A stretch of DNA of 64,000 bases, taken from NCBI GenBank assembly GCA_020184695.1, contig JAANOX010000278.1:124001-188000 (forward strand). The letters are read 5' to 3'. Every line of letters starts with the position of its first letter. Position 1 is the first letter of the stretch. Below the pieces are notes generated by a model. That model worked only from the letters and a program-made list of their open reading frames with translations, searched no databases and had not been told where the DNA came from. Shown here piece by piece: positions 32,998 through 45,210 of the stretch. The DNA is from Histomonas meleagridis 2922-C6/04-290x. Lineage: Eukaryota; Protista; Parabasalia. The position numbers and the translations under genes were made by a program.

Positions 32998-35900
32998 ATG
33001 GAACAAAAAAAAGTAGAAAAGATCATTGGTATTGATTCCCAAATTATTACAGAAAAATCGGAATTTTATGTTAAGTTTTATGGACTTTCATACAGACATT
33101 GTGATTGGATTACCAAAAAACAATTAAAAAGTACTCCAAACTTTACAAACTTATATAGAAGATTCTCAAAGTATCATCAGCCTTTTCGCCCAATTAATTT
33201 TCTTAAAAATTTTACCATATACAAACCATACGAAGTTCCATTTGATGAAGGGTATATAACACCACAAAGGGTTATTGGGATTCAAGAAAACAAGAAACAA
33301 AAAGAATATTTGGTAAAATGGGTTTCTTTGGATTATGAATATTGTACTTGGGAAACTGATGTTCCAAAACAGCTAATTACTGAATATAAAAATTTCATAT
33401 CAAATCCAAATCCTGTTAAAATAACTACACCTTTTCCCAAAAATCCGGATAATTTTGTTCAAATAGTAAATTCACCACATTTTAAAAACGATCATACTCT
33501 TACTAACTATCAAATTGAGGGCCTAAATTGGCTTCACAATAATTGGTTAAGAGATGTTAATTGTATTTTAGCAGATGAAATGGGTCTTGGTAAAACCATT
33601 CAAGCCTTAGCTTTCTTAAAACTACTTGAACAAAAATATTCTATCCGAGGTCCATTTATGATTATTTCTCCACTTTCTGTGATTCCTAATTGGGTTCAAG
33701 AAATTAATGAATGGACAGATTTTCGAACTCTTGCGTATTTTGGAAATGAAGGGTCACGTGAAGTTCTTAGGCAACATTGTTTTTATTCACCAGTCAAGAA
33801 TGGAGGGAAGAAAACGTTGATCTTTGATATCGTTGTTATTTCATATGATTTACTTATCAAAGATTTCAATGTATTCAGAGGCATTGAATTTGCCTATTTA
33901 ATTTTGGATGAAGCACACAAAATTAAGAACTTCAATTCAAAATCATACAAATTTTGCAGTGAAGTCAAAGCACGAAATGTTTTGTTGCTTACAGGTACAC
34001 CCATTCAAAACAATGTATTAGAAATATATTCCTTATTTCATTTTATTGATCCACAAGAATTTAGAAACATTGATGAATTTGAAACTCAATATAATGAAAG
34101 TGATCCTGCCTCAATGAATCAATTACGAGAAAAAATAACACCATATATCTTAAGGCGGAAGAAAGTTGATGTTGATTATCCCATAACAGCCAAAGAAGAA
34201 ACGATTATTGAAGTTGAATTAACTAATTCACAACGAACAATATATAAATCCATTTTAAATGATAACAGAGAAGTTTTATTACAAACATTAACCAAGAAGA
34301 AGACCAATTTAAATAACATATTAATGCAATTACGTAAAGTTTGTTGTCATCCATATTTAATTGATGGTATCCAAACTACAGTTGAAGAACAATATAAACA
34401 AACGAAACAATATCCACCTGAATATCAATTAACTAATGATGAAGTTATGCAATTATTAATTATGTCGTCAGGCAAAACAATACTTATTGATAAACTATTA
34501 CCAAAACTTCATAGTTCAGGGCATAAAGTATTAATATTTTCACAGATGACACAAGTATTAGATATCTTAGAAGATTATTTAACATATAAAAACTATTTAT
34601 ATGAAAGACTTGATGGTGCTACTAATACATCAGATAGACAATATGCAATTGATCAATTTAAAACTAATCCAAATGTATTTATCTTTTTATTAAGTACAAG
34701 AGCAGGAGGCTTAGGATTAAACTTAACTGAAGCAGATACTGTAATTATATATGATAGTGATTGGAATCCACAAAATGATATTCAAGCTCAAGCTAGATGT
34801 CATCGAATTGGACAAGAGAAAGATGTAAAAGTATATCGTTTAATCACTAGAGCTACTTATGAATCAGAAATGTTTCTAAGAGCATCGAAGAAACTTGCGT
34901 TAAATTATGCGCTTTTAGATTCTAATTCTAGTGAACAAGACAAAGAAAGTTATAAAGAGATTGAATTAATATTAAGGAAAGGAGCATATTATACATTTAC
35001 TGAAGAATGTGATGAAGCCGATAAATTTTGTGCGGATGATATTGATCAAATATTAATACATAGAGCTCATGTAGTGAATAGAGATCTGATTAGTGGTGGG
35101 AACTCATTATTTTCGAAAGTTAACTTTAATGGTAATGAATCGAATGAGAATAAAGTTAATTTCGAAGCGCCGAATTTTTGGGAGACAATATTAGAACCAA
35201 ATAATAAAAAAGATGAAGAATTACCACGAAGAATTACAAGACATATTAGTTATGCTGAAATGGATCGATATGATTCTAGTGAAGAATCAGAAAACGAAGA
35301 TTTATCTGATAATGATTTTAAGCCATCACAAGATGAGCCTATAAATATTCCTTCTTCTGCTGAACAAATTAAGACATTTTCATCATCAAAGTTAAATTTA
35401 TTTTATAAGTATTTGTTTAATTATAGTTATCATGTTATTCAAAAGAATATGAATGAAAATGAATTTAGTTTCATTCAGTTTTTGATTTCATATTTTTATC
35501 GGAAATTAAGTTATAAATTACAAGAAAGATTTTATCTTTATATAAAAAGAACTATAGTTTTCCCTGAGATACATATTAATAATTTCTCTGTTTCTATATT
35601 TAGAAATCCTTTTTTTATAAATAATATTATCGGTGAAAAAGAATTTTTACTTATGGAAAAACTCGAAAATTTATATTATACTGCAATTTATATATCAAAT
35701 AATGCATTACCAAAGAATTTCGTGTTCGCGCCTTCGATGAAAATGGATTTATTTAATTGGTGTCCAAGTGATGATATTATGTTAATAATAAGTTCCGCAC
35801 ATTCTCCTTATGAAGTTTTTATGTTTACTATAAATAAAGTTTTCCCTCAATATGAAAACATTGAAAAATATTCAAAATTACTATTAAAAAGAAGGGATTT

Positions 35901-36642
35901 AATTGTCAATGAAATTTCATTGTTAATTCCGGAGAGTTTTTCAGCCGAAAACAAAATCATTAAATCATTTCCTGATATAAAATATTTAAGTCCAAACATT
36001 TTTAATCAAAACTTCCTTACAAAAAATGACCAATTAAAAATTATTCACGTTTTAAGTTTATACGGTGTGCCTCAATTGGACCCAATCCAAAAAATCCAAA
36101 AAATAGCTTGTTTAGAACATGTTAATATAAATGAAATTTATTCGTTCGTCCATTCAATTATCGAATCAAATCAACTTTTGAAAGAAAGAATCAAAATTAA
36201 TAACCCAAAGGGCACCCTGTACGATTTGAATTGGATTCCTAAGAAAAAGTTGGCATGGACAAAAAATTTGATTAGTTTACTTTGGGAGATAAGGTCGAGA
36301 TTCGAATGGTTTTTACTAAAGAAAGAAAAATTTAAATTCGATAAATGGAATAAAGCCCCGAATTGGTGGGTAAAAAGTTGCGATTGTTTCTTGTTCGAAA
36401 ATACTTGTAATTACGGTTTTTTATCTTTTGCTATATTTGCATATATAACCCCAACTTCCGATAGCAACAAACAAGAAACTCAACAGTTTATTGCAAAATG
36501 GAAAAAAAAAGAGATGGAAACATTAAGACCTTTTTGTTGTAAGAGATATGAACATTTGAAATTTTTGTTTCCTTTTAACACAAGATATGAAAGGCTTAAG
36601 AGTGTTTTTTCACAGGCATTAAAACAAGATGCACATGAATAA
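32998..36642 (+). CDS. CHD-family chromatin remodeler (double chromodomain plus SNF2 helicase)
   Basis: EFYVKFYGLSYRHCDW, EYLVKWVSLDYEYCTWE, ILADEMGLGKTIQ, DEAH, LSTRAGGLGLNLT and DSDWNPQNDIQAQARCHRIGQ. Confidence 0.95.
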   Translation: MEQKKVEKIIGIDSQIITEKSEFYVKFYGLSYRHCDWITKKQLKSTPNFTNLYRRFSKYHQPFRPINFLKNFTIYKPYEVPFDEGYITPQRVIGIQENKKQKEYLVKWVSLDYEYCTWETDVPKQLITEYKNFISNPNPVKITTPFPKNPDNFVQIVNSPHFKNDHTLTNYQIEGLNWLHNNWLRDVNCILADEMGLGKTIQALAFLKLLEQKYSIRGPFMIISPLSVIPNWVQEINEWTDFRTLAYFGNEGSREVLRQHCFYSPVKNGGKKTLIFDIVVISYDLLIKDFNVFRGIEFAYLILDEAHKIKNFNSKSYKFCSEVKARNVLLLTGTPIQNNVLEIYSLFHFIDPQEFRNIDEFETQYNESDPASMNQLREKITPYILRRKKVDVDYPITAKEETIIEVELTNSQRTIYKSILNDNREVLLQTLTKKKTNLNNILMQLRKVCCHPYLIDGIQTTVEEQYKQTKQYPPEYQLTNDEVMQLLIMSSGKTILIDKLLPKLHSSGHKVLIFSQMTQVLDILEDYLTYKNYLYERLDGATNTSDRQYAIDQFKTNPNVFIFLLSTRAGGLGLNLTEADTVIIYDSDWNPQNDIQAQARCHRIGQEKDVKVYRLITRATYESEMFLRASKKLALNYALLDSNSSEQDKESYKEIELILRKGAYYTFTEECDEADKFCADDIDQILIHRAHVVNRDLISGGNSLFSKVNFNGNESNENKVNFEAPNFWETILEPNNKKDEELPRRITRHISYAEMDRYDSSEESENEDLSDNDFKPSQDEPINIPSSAEQIKTFSSSKLNLFYKYLFNYSYHVIQKNMNENEFSFIQFLISYFYRKLSYKLQERFYLYIKRTIVFPEIHINNFSVSIFRNPFFINNIIGEKEFLLMEKLENLYYTAIYISNNALPKNFVFAPSMKMDLFNWCPSDDIMLIISSAHSPYEVFMFTINKVFPQYENIEKYSKLLLKRRDLIVNEISLLIPESFSAENKIIKSFPDIKYLSPNIFNQNFLTKNDQLKIIHVLSLYGVPQLDPIQKIQKIACLEHVNINEIYSFVHSIIESNQLLKERIKINNPKGTLYDLNWIPKKKLAWTKNLISLLWEIRSRFEWFLLKKEKFKFDKWNKAPNWWVKSCDCFLFENTCNYGFLSFAIFAYITPTSDSNKQETQQFIAKWKKKEMETLRPFCCKRYEHLKFLFPFNTRYERLKSVFSQALKQDAHE

Positions 36643-36874
36643 CAGATATTTTGATTTACCAAATTGTTTGATTTTTTTTATATAAATTAAAATTGTTAAT
36701 AAATCAAATTTTAGAGTACAGTGTTTTGCTTTTAATGAATATAAGTTTCACAAATAATTTTCTTCTTTTTGGATGACTTTTTAAATATAAACGATCATTT
36801 TTCATTCAATCTTCCATTTAAAAGTTGATAAGCAAAAAAATAAAAGCAATTCACTGTCAATTTACACATAATTT

Positions 36875-37774
36875 CTAAGCAGATCTTTTTCTTGAGCTCT
36901 TCCATTTGCAATTTTCAATTGTGTCTTCATCACATCCTTTAATGAAAATACCACTCTGGTGAACCAAAAGCCTTACTTTATCGAAGTCAACACCATTGAG
37001 TTCTGATTTGTCCACATATTCACTCGCTTCTTGCGATCCAAGCTCAACAAATCCATGTGAAGGGAAGTTGCCTTGTTGATGAAACAGTGATCCATCTATT
37101 GTTTTGATGCCTAAAAGTCTTGCAAATACGAATTTATCTACTTTAAGAACTTTTTCGTTGACCCATTCAATTCCAATAAAATCAATATAAAAAGGATCAT
37201 CTTCGACTATTTTCAAAGCATTGTATAACTTGTGGTAAAATCTGCTGTTAGCATTGTTCTTTCTTTGGAAAAATTCTCGTACTAATTCTCCAAATGTCAT
37301 TTCTTTGTCTTGCCAATAGGAATGAGGAATAAAGCCAAGCCTATGAGGATTAAACTTAACTCCTTGATCTGAACAAATTGAATTAAATTCATGGTCTGCA
37401 GAATTGACATTATTAATTTGGGGAATAGGTAGAGTTTTTTGTCTTGATCCTTTCTGGTTCTTGAATACATTGCCTAATTGTACTTGGCGTAGTAATTCAA
37501 GGAGATTAACATTTGGTGGAAAATTAATTGGTGTTGATGGAGCTCTTTGATGGCGACGTGACCCAGCCTTTGACTGCTGAGGACGTGAATTAGACTTTTT
37601 AGGTGAATTGTTTACTTTATCAAATTCAAGAGTATTTGGAAATAAAATTGATGAATTGTCATTTTCAAATGAAAGAGTGTCTTGATGTCCAAGGGTTGGG
37701 CTTGGTAATTCGCTTGGGACGTTGAATGCACTCCATCCAAACCCAAAATCGTCATTATCGAAGTTGAACGCCAT
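36875..37774 (-). CDS. IBP39-type initiator-binding-domain (IBD) family protein
   Basis: RFYHKLYNALKI..IGIEW..VLKVDKFVFARLLGIK..LFHQQGNFPSHGF, the parabasalid IBD-family pattern. Confidence 0.8.
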   Translation of the reverse strand: MAFNFDNDDFGFGWSAFNVPSELPSPTLGHQDTLSFENDNSSILFPNTLEFDKVNNSPKKSNSRPQQSKAGSRRHQRAPSTPINFPPNVNLLELLRQVQLGNVFKNQKGSRQKTLPIPQINNVNSADHEFNSICSDQGVKFNPHRLGFIPHSYWQDKEMTFGELVREFFQRKNNANSRFYHKLYNALKIVEDDPFYIDFIGIEWVNEKVLKVDKFVFARLLGIKTIDGSLFHQQGNFPSHGFVELGSQEASEYVDKSELNGVDFDKVRLLVHQSGIFIKGCDEDTIENCKWKSSRKRSA

Positions 37775-38440
37775 TTACTTGTTGTGTTCAAATGAAAAAG
37801 TATTCAATTTAAATAAAATTCTGAATTTTTTTCATTAACATATTTCAATGCATTTAGTAAATTGAAGAACGTTCTTCCATACAAATTTACCTGTCCGTTT
37901 ATTTTTATCGGAAATGGGGCTCCTTGTTTCGAATTTTCCTGCAAAGTGACAACTCTTCCCGCCAAATCCAAACAACATTATCGGTATAAAAAACCACCCC
38001 AAAAAACAATAAACGTATATTAAAGTGCTTTCCAGCTTTTCAAAATTTGAGTTAAACCAAAAAAATTGTGAAAGCTATATTCAATTCTTTTCTGACAGCG
38101 GTTATTTAGGGGTTGTTTGATCGAACAAATCAAATGAATATATTGAGCATAAAAATATTGTACTTCTAAAATATTTCTTTTGTCATTCTGTTGGTTGAAT
38201 TTATAGCTTGTCACTAAGCCCACAGAATAATTTTTGAGCTTAAGGAGAGTGACGATTGGATGCTAGAAATGGAAACCGTTTGTTTTTAATGTGTTTATTA
38301 TATATTTTGATCTTATTCGAAATTAAACTTTAAAAATATCCAATTCTTTATTCGTTTTATTTCAATAAAAATAAATTCAATTTTTAATTTAATTGCAAGA
38401 TAACATAAAAAAACAACATTTTTAAAACAGATCTGTTCTC

Positions 38441-39319
38441 TTAGAAGAATTCAGTCATCTTGTGCAAATATGGGCAATCAACAGGGTTGATTGAATTCCC
38501 TGGCTCACACACCGATAGAAAGGGGCACCCCTTACATGGCGTCTTTGAGATGGGGCACGCCAGTGGCTGCATCGGGCCTGGCTTGAGAGTATTCCCTATT
38601 TTAAAGATCTGGCCGCTGCTTATTGTAGCTGTTACCAATTGTTCGGCTTCATCATCATTATAACGAAGATTTCCAATGCCAGATGATTTGATCTTTCGCT
38701 TTAATTCTCCTACTGTGATACCTGGCTGGTTTATAACAAATTGCACTACGTGGGGAAGAAGTTGGTCGATTAGCTCTGAGTTAAAAGTTGATCCAGAAAA
38801 CCATATTCCACCTGTGACTTCTGATGAAGGATCAATCTCAAATAAGAATAGATTTTTCTTTTTGTCTGTGACAGAAGTAACTTCTTTTATAAGTTCTCTT
38901 TGTTTCATTTGGTTGAGAATTTGAACAAATTGCTTTTCATCAAGATTTGTTTTTTTCTTGATGTCACCTCTCCAAATTCCCTTATCGCCAGCTTGTTCAA
39001 TTAATGAATATATTCTGTGGTGTTCTTCATTTAGTCCAGAAAATTTATCTGCAAGTTCATCTGGAACATATCTATAAGTATTTCGACCATCTTCTGTTTG
39101 TATATTACGAACATTACCATTACTAATAAGATGTCTAAGGAACTTAAATAAAACTGTTGTTTCGATCGGACCACCTTCAACTTCAAGAGCCTGTTTAATT
39201 TCTTCAGGAGAAAAATTTCTCTCTGGTTGCTCTTGAAAAACATTCATAAAGCGTGCTATCATCGCTCTTTGTTTAATTTCTTCACGTTTTGATGCAATTT
39301 GTTTAGAAGCAGCAGACAT
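38441..39319 (-). CDS. RPC34: RNA polymerase III subunit RPC34/RPC6
   Basis: Winged-helix repeats (IEQAGDKGIW..IKKKTNL), LFEIDPSSEVTGGIWF and a C-terminal Cys cluster (PCKGCP..VC..INPVDCPYL). Confidence 0.87.
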   Translation of the reverse strand: MSAASKQIASKREEIKQRAMIARFMNVFQEQPERNFSPEEIKQALEVEGGPIETTVLFKFLRHLISNGNVRNIQTEDGRNTYRYVPDELADKFSGLNEEHHRIYSLIEQAGDKGIWRGDIKKKTNLDEKQFVQILNQMKQRELIKEVTSVTDKKKNLFLFEIDPSSEVTGGIWFSGSTFNSELIDQLLPHVVQFVINQPGITVGELKRKIKSSGIGNLRYNDDEAEQLVTATISSGQIFKIGNTLKPGPMQPLACPISKTPCKGCPFLSVCEPGNSINPVDCPYLHKMTEFF

Positions 39320-39942
39320 GAAACTAAAGCCAAAGCTTTGGCTTCTTCTTAAAAAGTCGAATTTTTGAATTCATATTGATCGTAAACCTCTTTTTGTGCA
39401 AATGGAAAGTTTCAGAATCATGATTGTTAGATCAAAATAAAATTTTGAAGTATTCCCAAGAATAACTTTATGAAATGTCTCGAATTGCCATTTCGAAAGT
39501 AAATTTAACTTTTAACCTTAGAACACATTCCACATCATTCGAAACGATGATAAGAATACGTTTAGATTCAGTTTGCTTTGGCTTGGCCACCCACCAATAA
39601 ATCCACAATTAACAAATATATTTTATGAATATATAATTATTTTTTAATGAGGAAATGATTTTGGAATGATTATACTTAATAATTAAAGAAATGTTTAGAA
39701 ATCATAAGTGAAATTTGAACCGTAACTCAATTTCTTTTAATTAGAAAGACTTAAACTTAAGCGATTTATGCTTTCTCTTTAGTTACTTCATTGCTCACTA
39801 TATGTGGGAATATAGAAGGAAAAAGGGCAGGTTTTTTGGCAAACCAAATAGACTTTTTAAATACAATATATTCAAACCGTTGTTTTTAAAAGAAAATTCA
39901 AAGAACTAAATTTAATACAAAAGTGTCATTACTCAGACTCGA

Positions 39943-40572
39943 ATGCAAGCAAGCGATCCTGACTTCCTTTTGAAAATTGTCCTTATTGGTGATTCAGGCG
40001 TTGGTAAGACCAACCTACTTTCTCGCTTTACAAGAGATCAATTCAATCCAGAATCTAAATCAACAATTGGTGTTGAATTTGCAACAAAGACAATGGAGAT
40101 TGAAGGCAAAACTGTAAAAGCACAGATTTGGGATACCGCCGGTCAAGAACGTTATCGTGCTATCACTTCCGCTTATTATCGAGGTGCAATTGGCGCTCTT
40201 CTTCTTTATGATATTTCCGCAGCTCTCACATTTAGCTCTCTTTCTAGGTGGCTCCAAGAACTTCGTGAGAATGCTGACAGCAATATTGTTGTTATGCTCG
40301 TTGGTAACAAATGCGACCTTAGTGAACTCAGAGCTGTTACCACCGAAGAAGGAATTGGTTTTGCTAAGAGCGAAAACCTTCTTTTCATTGAAACATCTGC
40401 TCGTCAAAGCATGAATGTTCAAGAAGCTTTCACAACTTTGATCACAGAAGTTGTTCACCGCCTTTCCAAGAACGATCTCTCTAAAGACAGTGGTTCACCA
40501 TCTCAACCTGAAAGAGGCGTTTCAATCACAAGCCAAGACAAGCCAAAGAAGAATGGTGGATGCTGCAAATAA
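39943..40572 (+). CDS. RAB11: Rab11-family GTPase
   Basis: [48 protein letters not shown] and C-terminal CCK. Confidence 0.95.
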   Translation: MQASDPDFLLKIVLIGDSGVGKTNLLSRFTRDQFNPESKSTIGVEFATKTMEIEGKTVKAQIWDTAGQERYRAITSAYYRGAIGALLLYDISAALTFSSLSRWLQELRENADSNIVVMLVGNKCDLSELRAVTTEEGIGFAKSENLLFIETSARQSMNVQEAFTTLITEVVHRLSKNDLSKDSGSPSQPERGVSITSQDKPKKNGGCCK

Positions 40573-41712
40573 AGTTCGTCGTAAAAAATCCTTTACTCGA
40601 TTCTATAATAGCAATGTTGTTTCTATTTTTTTAGCTTCTTGAAATGAAAAGTGTCGCCTTTATGTGAAAAGTGACGGATATTTTACCATCTTTTTCAAAT
40701 AGATAATTTCGCTACCAACTTTTTTTTATATTTAAATGTTTTGGCAATTGGGAAATAAGAAATACCTTAGAGTTGGCACATGAACGAAATGCAATTTCAT
40801 AATCGTTGTGTACGGAAACTCTCAAAAATCATTTAATTTTCGAGTAAACCACTCGAAAAGTGAAGAATAAGAGATAATTGATCGTTGTTAAAGCGATAGG
40901 AAAGTGACGGATGCATTTTTGGGATTTTTGAGAATTTTTATACAATTTGTGTACCAAAAATGATTTGAATGATTATCTATCCAAACAAACTACTCAATTA
41001 TTTCACAGTGTGGATGAAAATCTGTTCAATTTCCACTTTTTGAGTAATTTATACATCATGTGTTATTTGTGAATAAAATATTCAAAATTCATAATAAAAT
41101 TTGAATAGGATCCGTTCTTGAAATATTATAAATGTGAACATTATATCAAATAATTATAATTTATTAGCAGTGTTTTTTATTTCAACCATTTCGCCGTGTG
41201 TTGATGAAATTTCATTGATGGACCTGTATGTTGGCCCTTCACCAAAACAATCTTAAAATGAACAATTTTTATTTAACATGAATATTTTAATTTTTTTTTC
41301 TATCTTCATTCGAGGATTTTAATATATATTTTGTGAAATCAATTTATCAAAAAATTTATTTGTTTTAACAAAGAGCGATTTCAACATCATTTTCACACAA
41401 ACAATTGAAACATTTGAATCAACAACTGAAACTATTACTATCACTTAAATAGTATTTTGAGTTATCAAGAATATGAAAATGCAATCAAAAACAAAATCAA
41501 CACAGAAAATGTTATTAATTTATCTCTCTCTCATATTGAAGTAGATCCATTTGCCAAATATTTTAAAGAGAACAATTTTATATGAATGTAATGTTTTTAT
41601 TGTATTTGCTATAATAAACATATAATATATAATAGAAGGAAACACAAGACCCGTAAACAACAAAAATGTTTGTATCTAATAAATAATTATTTTGTTCTTA
41701 AAATATGTTTAT

Positions 41713-43260
41713 TTATATCTGACTGACAAATTTTTCTTCTTTTAAATCGTCTGCAAATGGATCTTCTTCAATATTTGAATTATTAATCCCAAATGAAAAT
41801 GTATTATCTATTTCATTAATTTTATTATTATTTTCATCTGAAATATTCATTTCTTCTTCATTTTGTTTCCGCTTCTTATTTTGATATTTAATCATAAATA
41901 TTATGATTATCATTATAAATACAATAATTATTACAATTACAATAACAATTATAATGATAATTAATGTATTATTATCATTAGTGTTTATTATTACATCTTC
42001 GATATAAGAAATATAAAAGAAATTCGAATAATAAGTAAAATATTCCGGAAAATATATAATTGTATAATTGTAATATATGAAATCGACATAAATATATTTA
42101 GTTTCAGATTCAATGAAAGTAACTGAATAAGATTTTAAGAACGTATAATAATAAATTGATAAAGTTTTTATTAACGATAAAGAATAAGTTAAAGTATAAG
42201 TGTTAACGAAAGTAAAATTCATCGAAAATGTATTGACATAAGTGTTTGAATCAAAATTACTTTTTGATTTCGTAAATGTATTTAATTTCGTAAATGTATT
42301 TGAGTTAGTGAATGTGCGTGTTGGCTGGAGACATTCGTCAAGTGTTGCTCCCTTAGTAATTTCCATATTTCCAAATGTTTCATTTTGATATGTTTCTATT
42401 GTCATAACTCTTGTCGCATTGATATTAACAAATGCATCATTTTGTATTTCTGGTGAAATTTCTCCATTAAAATGAATACATTGAAGTGATGTACAATTAG
42501 TAAATGCACATGAATTAATATAATGAACATTTTCATCAATAAAAATTCTTTCTAAATTATTACAATAAGCAAATGTATAATTCATAATAGAAATGACTGA
42601 TTTAGGAATTGTAAATGTTTTACTTTTCATATTCGGATAACTAATAATTTGTGTAATTACTTTATTATATAAAACGCCATCGTTTTCATAATTCGAATAT
42701 TTGAAATTTTTTTCTGAAACATTAATAAATTGAAGTTTCGTACATTCTAAAAATGGATTCCCAATTGAAGTAACTGCACTTGGTATATAAATATTCACAA
42801 GGTTTGTACATCCTCTGAATGCATCTGAGCCAATACTTCGGACGCCTTCATATAATGTTATCGTTTCAAGTCCTATACATTTGTAAAATGCATTATCACT
42901 AATGCTATTACAACGGATTGTAATGTTATTTAATGAAATACATTCTGCAAATGCACCACCTCCAATTCCACTCATTAATTTATCTGGAAATTGGACATGT
43001 TCTAATTTTGGACATGATGCAAATGCTCTACTATTTATATTTCCAACTGTTTCTCCAATTATTACTGTTGTTAATAAAGGCCATTCTCTGAATATATAAC
43101 TTTCAATCACGCCAACATTAATAATTATAATACGCTCTGTTACATTCATATAATATTTTTAATAATCAATGAAGTCAGATATTGTGAGATTTTTTGTCTC
43201 TTCGTCATATGATTGCTTTGTATTAACAAAAAATATAAGCAATAAAATCAGAATAACTTC
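41713..43260 (-). CDS. BspA-like (TpLRR/LRR_5) type I surface protein
   Basis: Repeats such as IGSDAFRGCTNLVNIYIPSAVTSIG, a T/S-rich stalk, a TM helix and the acidic tail EEDPFADDL. A signal-like segment lies in frame upstream of a TAA at 43159-43161, so the 5' end is broken or mis-sequenced. Confidence 0.85.
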
Positions 43261-44493
43261 GTTTTTTTGATGAATGCTTTTCTGATTAAAATAAATTTTG
43301 GAAAGAAAAGTAAAAACAAAAAATATAAATACGAACAAAGTTATATTTGAATATATAGATGTAATTAATGCATTAAATATCTTTGGTAGATTTTTAAGAA
43401 TATTATTGCTGAAATTCATTGATAAATTACATTGAAAACTTTCATTAAAATGATATATATTATGTAGGATATGAAAGATTGCAGTTATTTTGGAATATAA
43501 ATACGAAGTTATGAAATTTGAAGAAACGAAATGTTAAAAACCTATTCTGTTGTTATCTAGAGAATTGTTGAATGAAACGCATTGCAGTAAATGATCTATG
43601 TTGTTTGCTGTTCGAATTTTTTGTAAAAATATTTTACTTTTTATGTGTTCACTCTTGTTACTTGGCATGTAACTAATGCTTTTGTTATGCACATGTATGT
43701 TCATTGTTTTATTATGAATAAAAGGATTAGAATAATATTTATATGACATAAAAACATGTTTGTTGGAATTTACGAGTAGGATGAAAGTGCCAATGTGAAT
43801 TAATGTTATCATCAATTGAGAATATCCATCATATTTCATTGATTTGGTATATGCGTTTCCAATATAAATCTACTTTGGTTGTAACAAAAAACCTATAATT
43901 TTTCATTAGAAATGTGTGTAACAGCTGTTTTTTGATGTGACACGCGAGTTTTTTTCGAAATTATTTTAAATGTAAAGGCACACACATGAAGCATTAAATG
44001 ACATGAAAAGATTTCATTTACTTGCTCATAAGTGAGGACTCGACATTTGAATGGGATTTAAGGGAAAACGACAAAAAACAACCAACTTTTTATGAAAAAA
44101 AAGTTTCAATTGAATGTTCAATCAACTTTTGTGTGTCAATGGTACCGATCATTTTTAATACAAAAAAATGAAAATATAAATCTAAATATCTATATTTGGA
44201 ATTGGTTATAGAATAAAAAAAAGATATATATAATAAAACACATCATATGTTATTTATGAATTAAATATTCAAAATTTAATAAGAAAATTTGAATAGGACT
44301 TGTTCTCTTTTGTTGAACAAGCTGGTGATAAAAATCGGCGATATCGTTTTAACTTTTTGAACGTGTTCTATTAAAGCCGATAGGAAAGTGCTGGTTATCC
44401 ACAAGATATAGCAGAAAAAGCACTTTTCTAATAATTTACTTCGTTAACTTTTTGATGGCATATATGGTCATATAATATTCAACAAAAACAGCC

Positions 44494-44889
44494 ATGCTGA
44501 AAAATTTTGAAAAATTTAAAGAAAAGGCTCGGACATATATAGAGCCTAATGATTATGGTATCTTTGTATCACAAGACAATATATTTCGGATTGAAAGACC
44601 ATCTGTTTTTATTGGAAGAGCATCACCAAAATGCCATCCAGATATTGATTTATCAGAATATCAAAATCAAGATGTATCACGCGAGCATTGCCTTCTAACA
44701 CTTTGTTCTGATCGTAATTTTTATCTTGAAGTAATATCAAGAGATGTAATTGTGAACACCAAAATTTTTTATAAAGGCACACAAATACGTCTAAATGATG
44801 GAGACATCATTGATTTAGGGGGCATTTCGCTTCTTTTTTTAGAAAACAAATCTTTTATTGAACAGATCCAAATTAAATGTGAAAATTAG
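44494..44889 (+). CDS. Small FHA-domain protein
   Basis: FIGRAS..DIDLS..DVSREH..LNDGDIIDLGG contains the conserved GR and SxxH motifs. Confidence 0.8.
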   Translation: MLKNFEKFKEKARTYIEPNDYGIFVSQDNIFRIERPSVFIGRASPKCHPDIDLSEYQNQDVSREHCLLTLCSDRNFYLEVISRDVIVNTKIFYKGTQIRLNDGDIIDLGGISLLFLENKSFIEQIQIKCEN

Positions 44890-45210
44890 AATCCTTTTAA
44901 TAAAAAATAAATTATTTCAAATGTAATATAAAAGAATACTCAACGATCATTTTAATAAGCCATTACATGATATGACAAATGTAAAATTTTATTACTTCTC
45001 ATCGATCAGTTGAATATATTTGAGGAGAGTTCCGCAAACTCCAAATCGTGAAATATTTTCTCAGGAATAATTTTATATACAGTTTGGCGATTATGAAAAA
45101 CATTTTAATCTTTCATTACATTAAAAGTCATTAATTAAAAAAAATAAATTATAAAATAATATGAAATTTTATTTCAAACTCAAAAATATATAAAATATTT
45201 TCATTTAAAA

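Noticed and set aside
43534-43839. ORF upstream of the BspA gene as its true N-terminus
   Set aside because: No signal peptide or LRR character, and it is separated by stops; it looks like AT-rich noncoding DNA.
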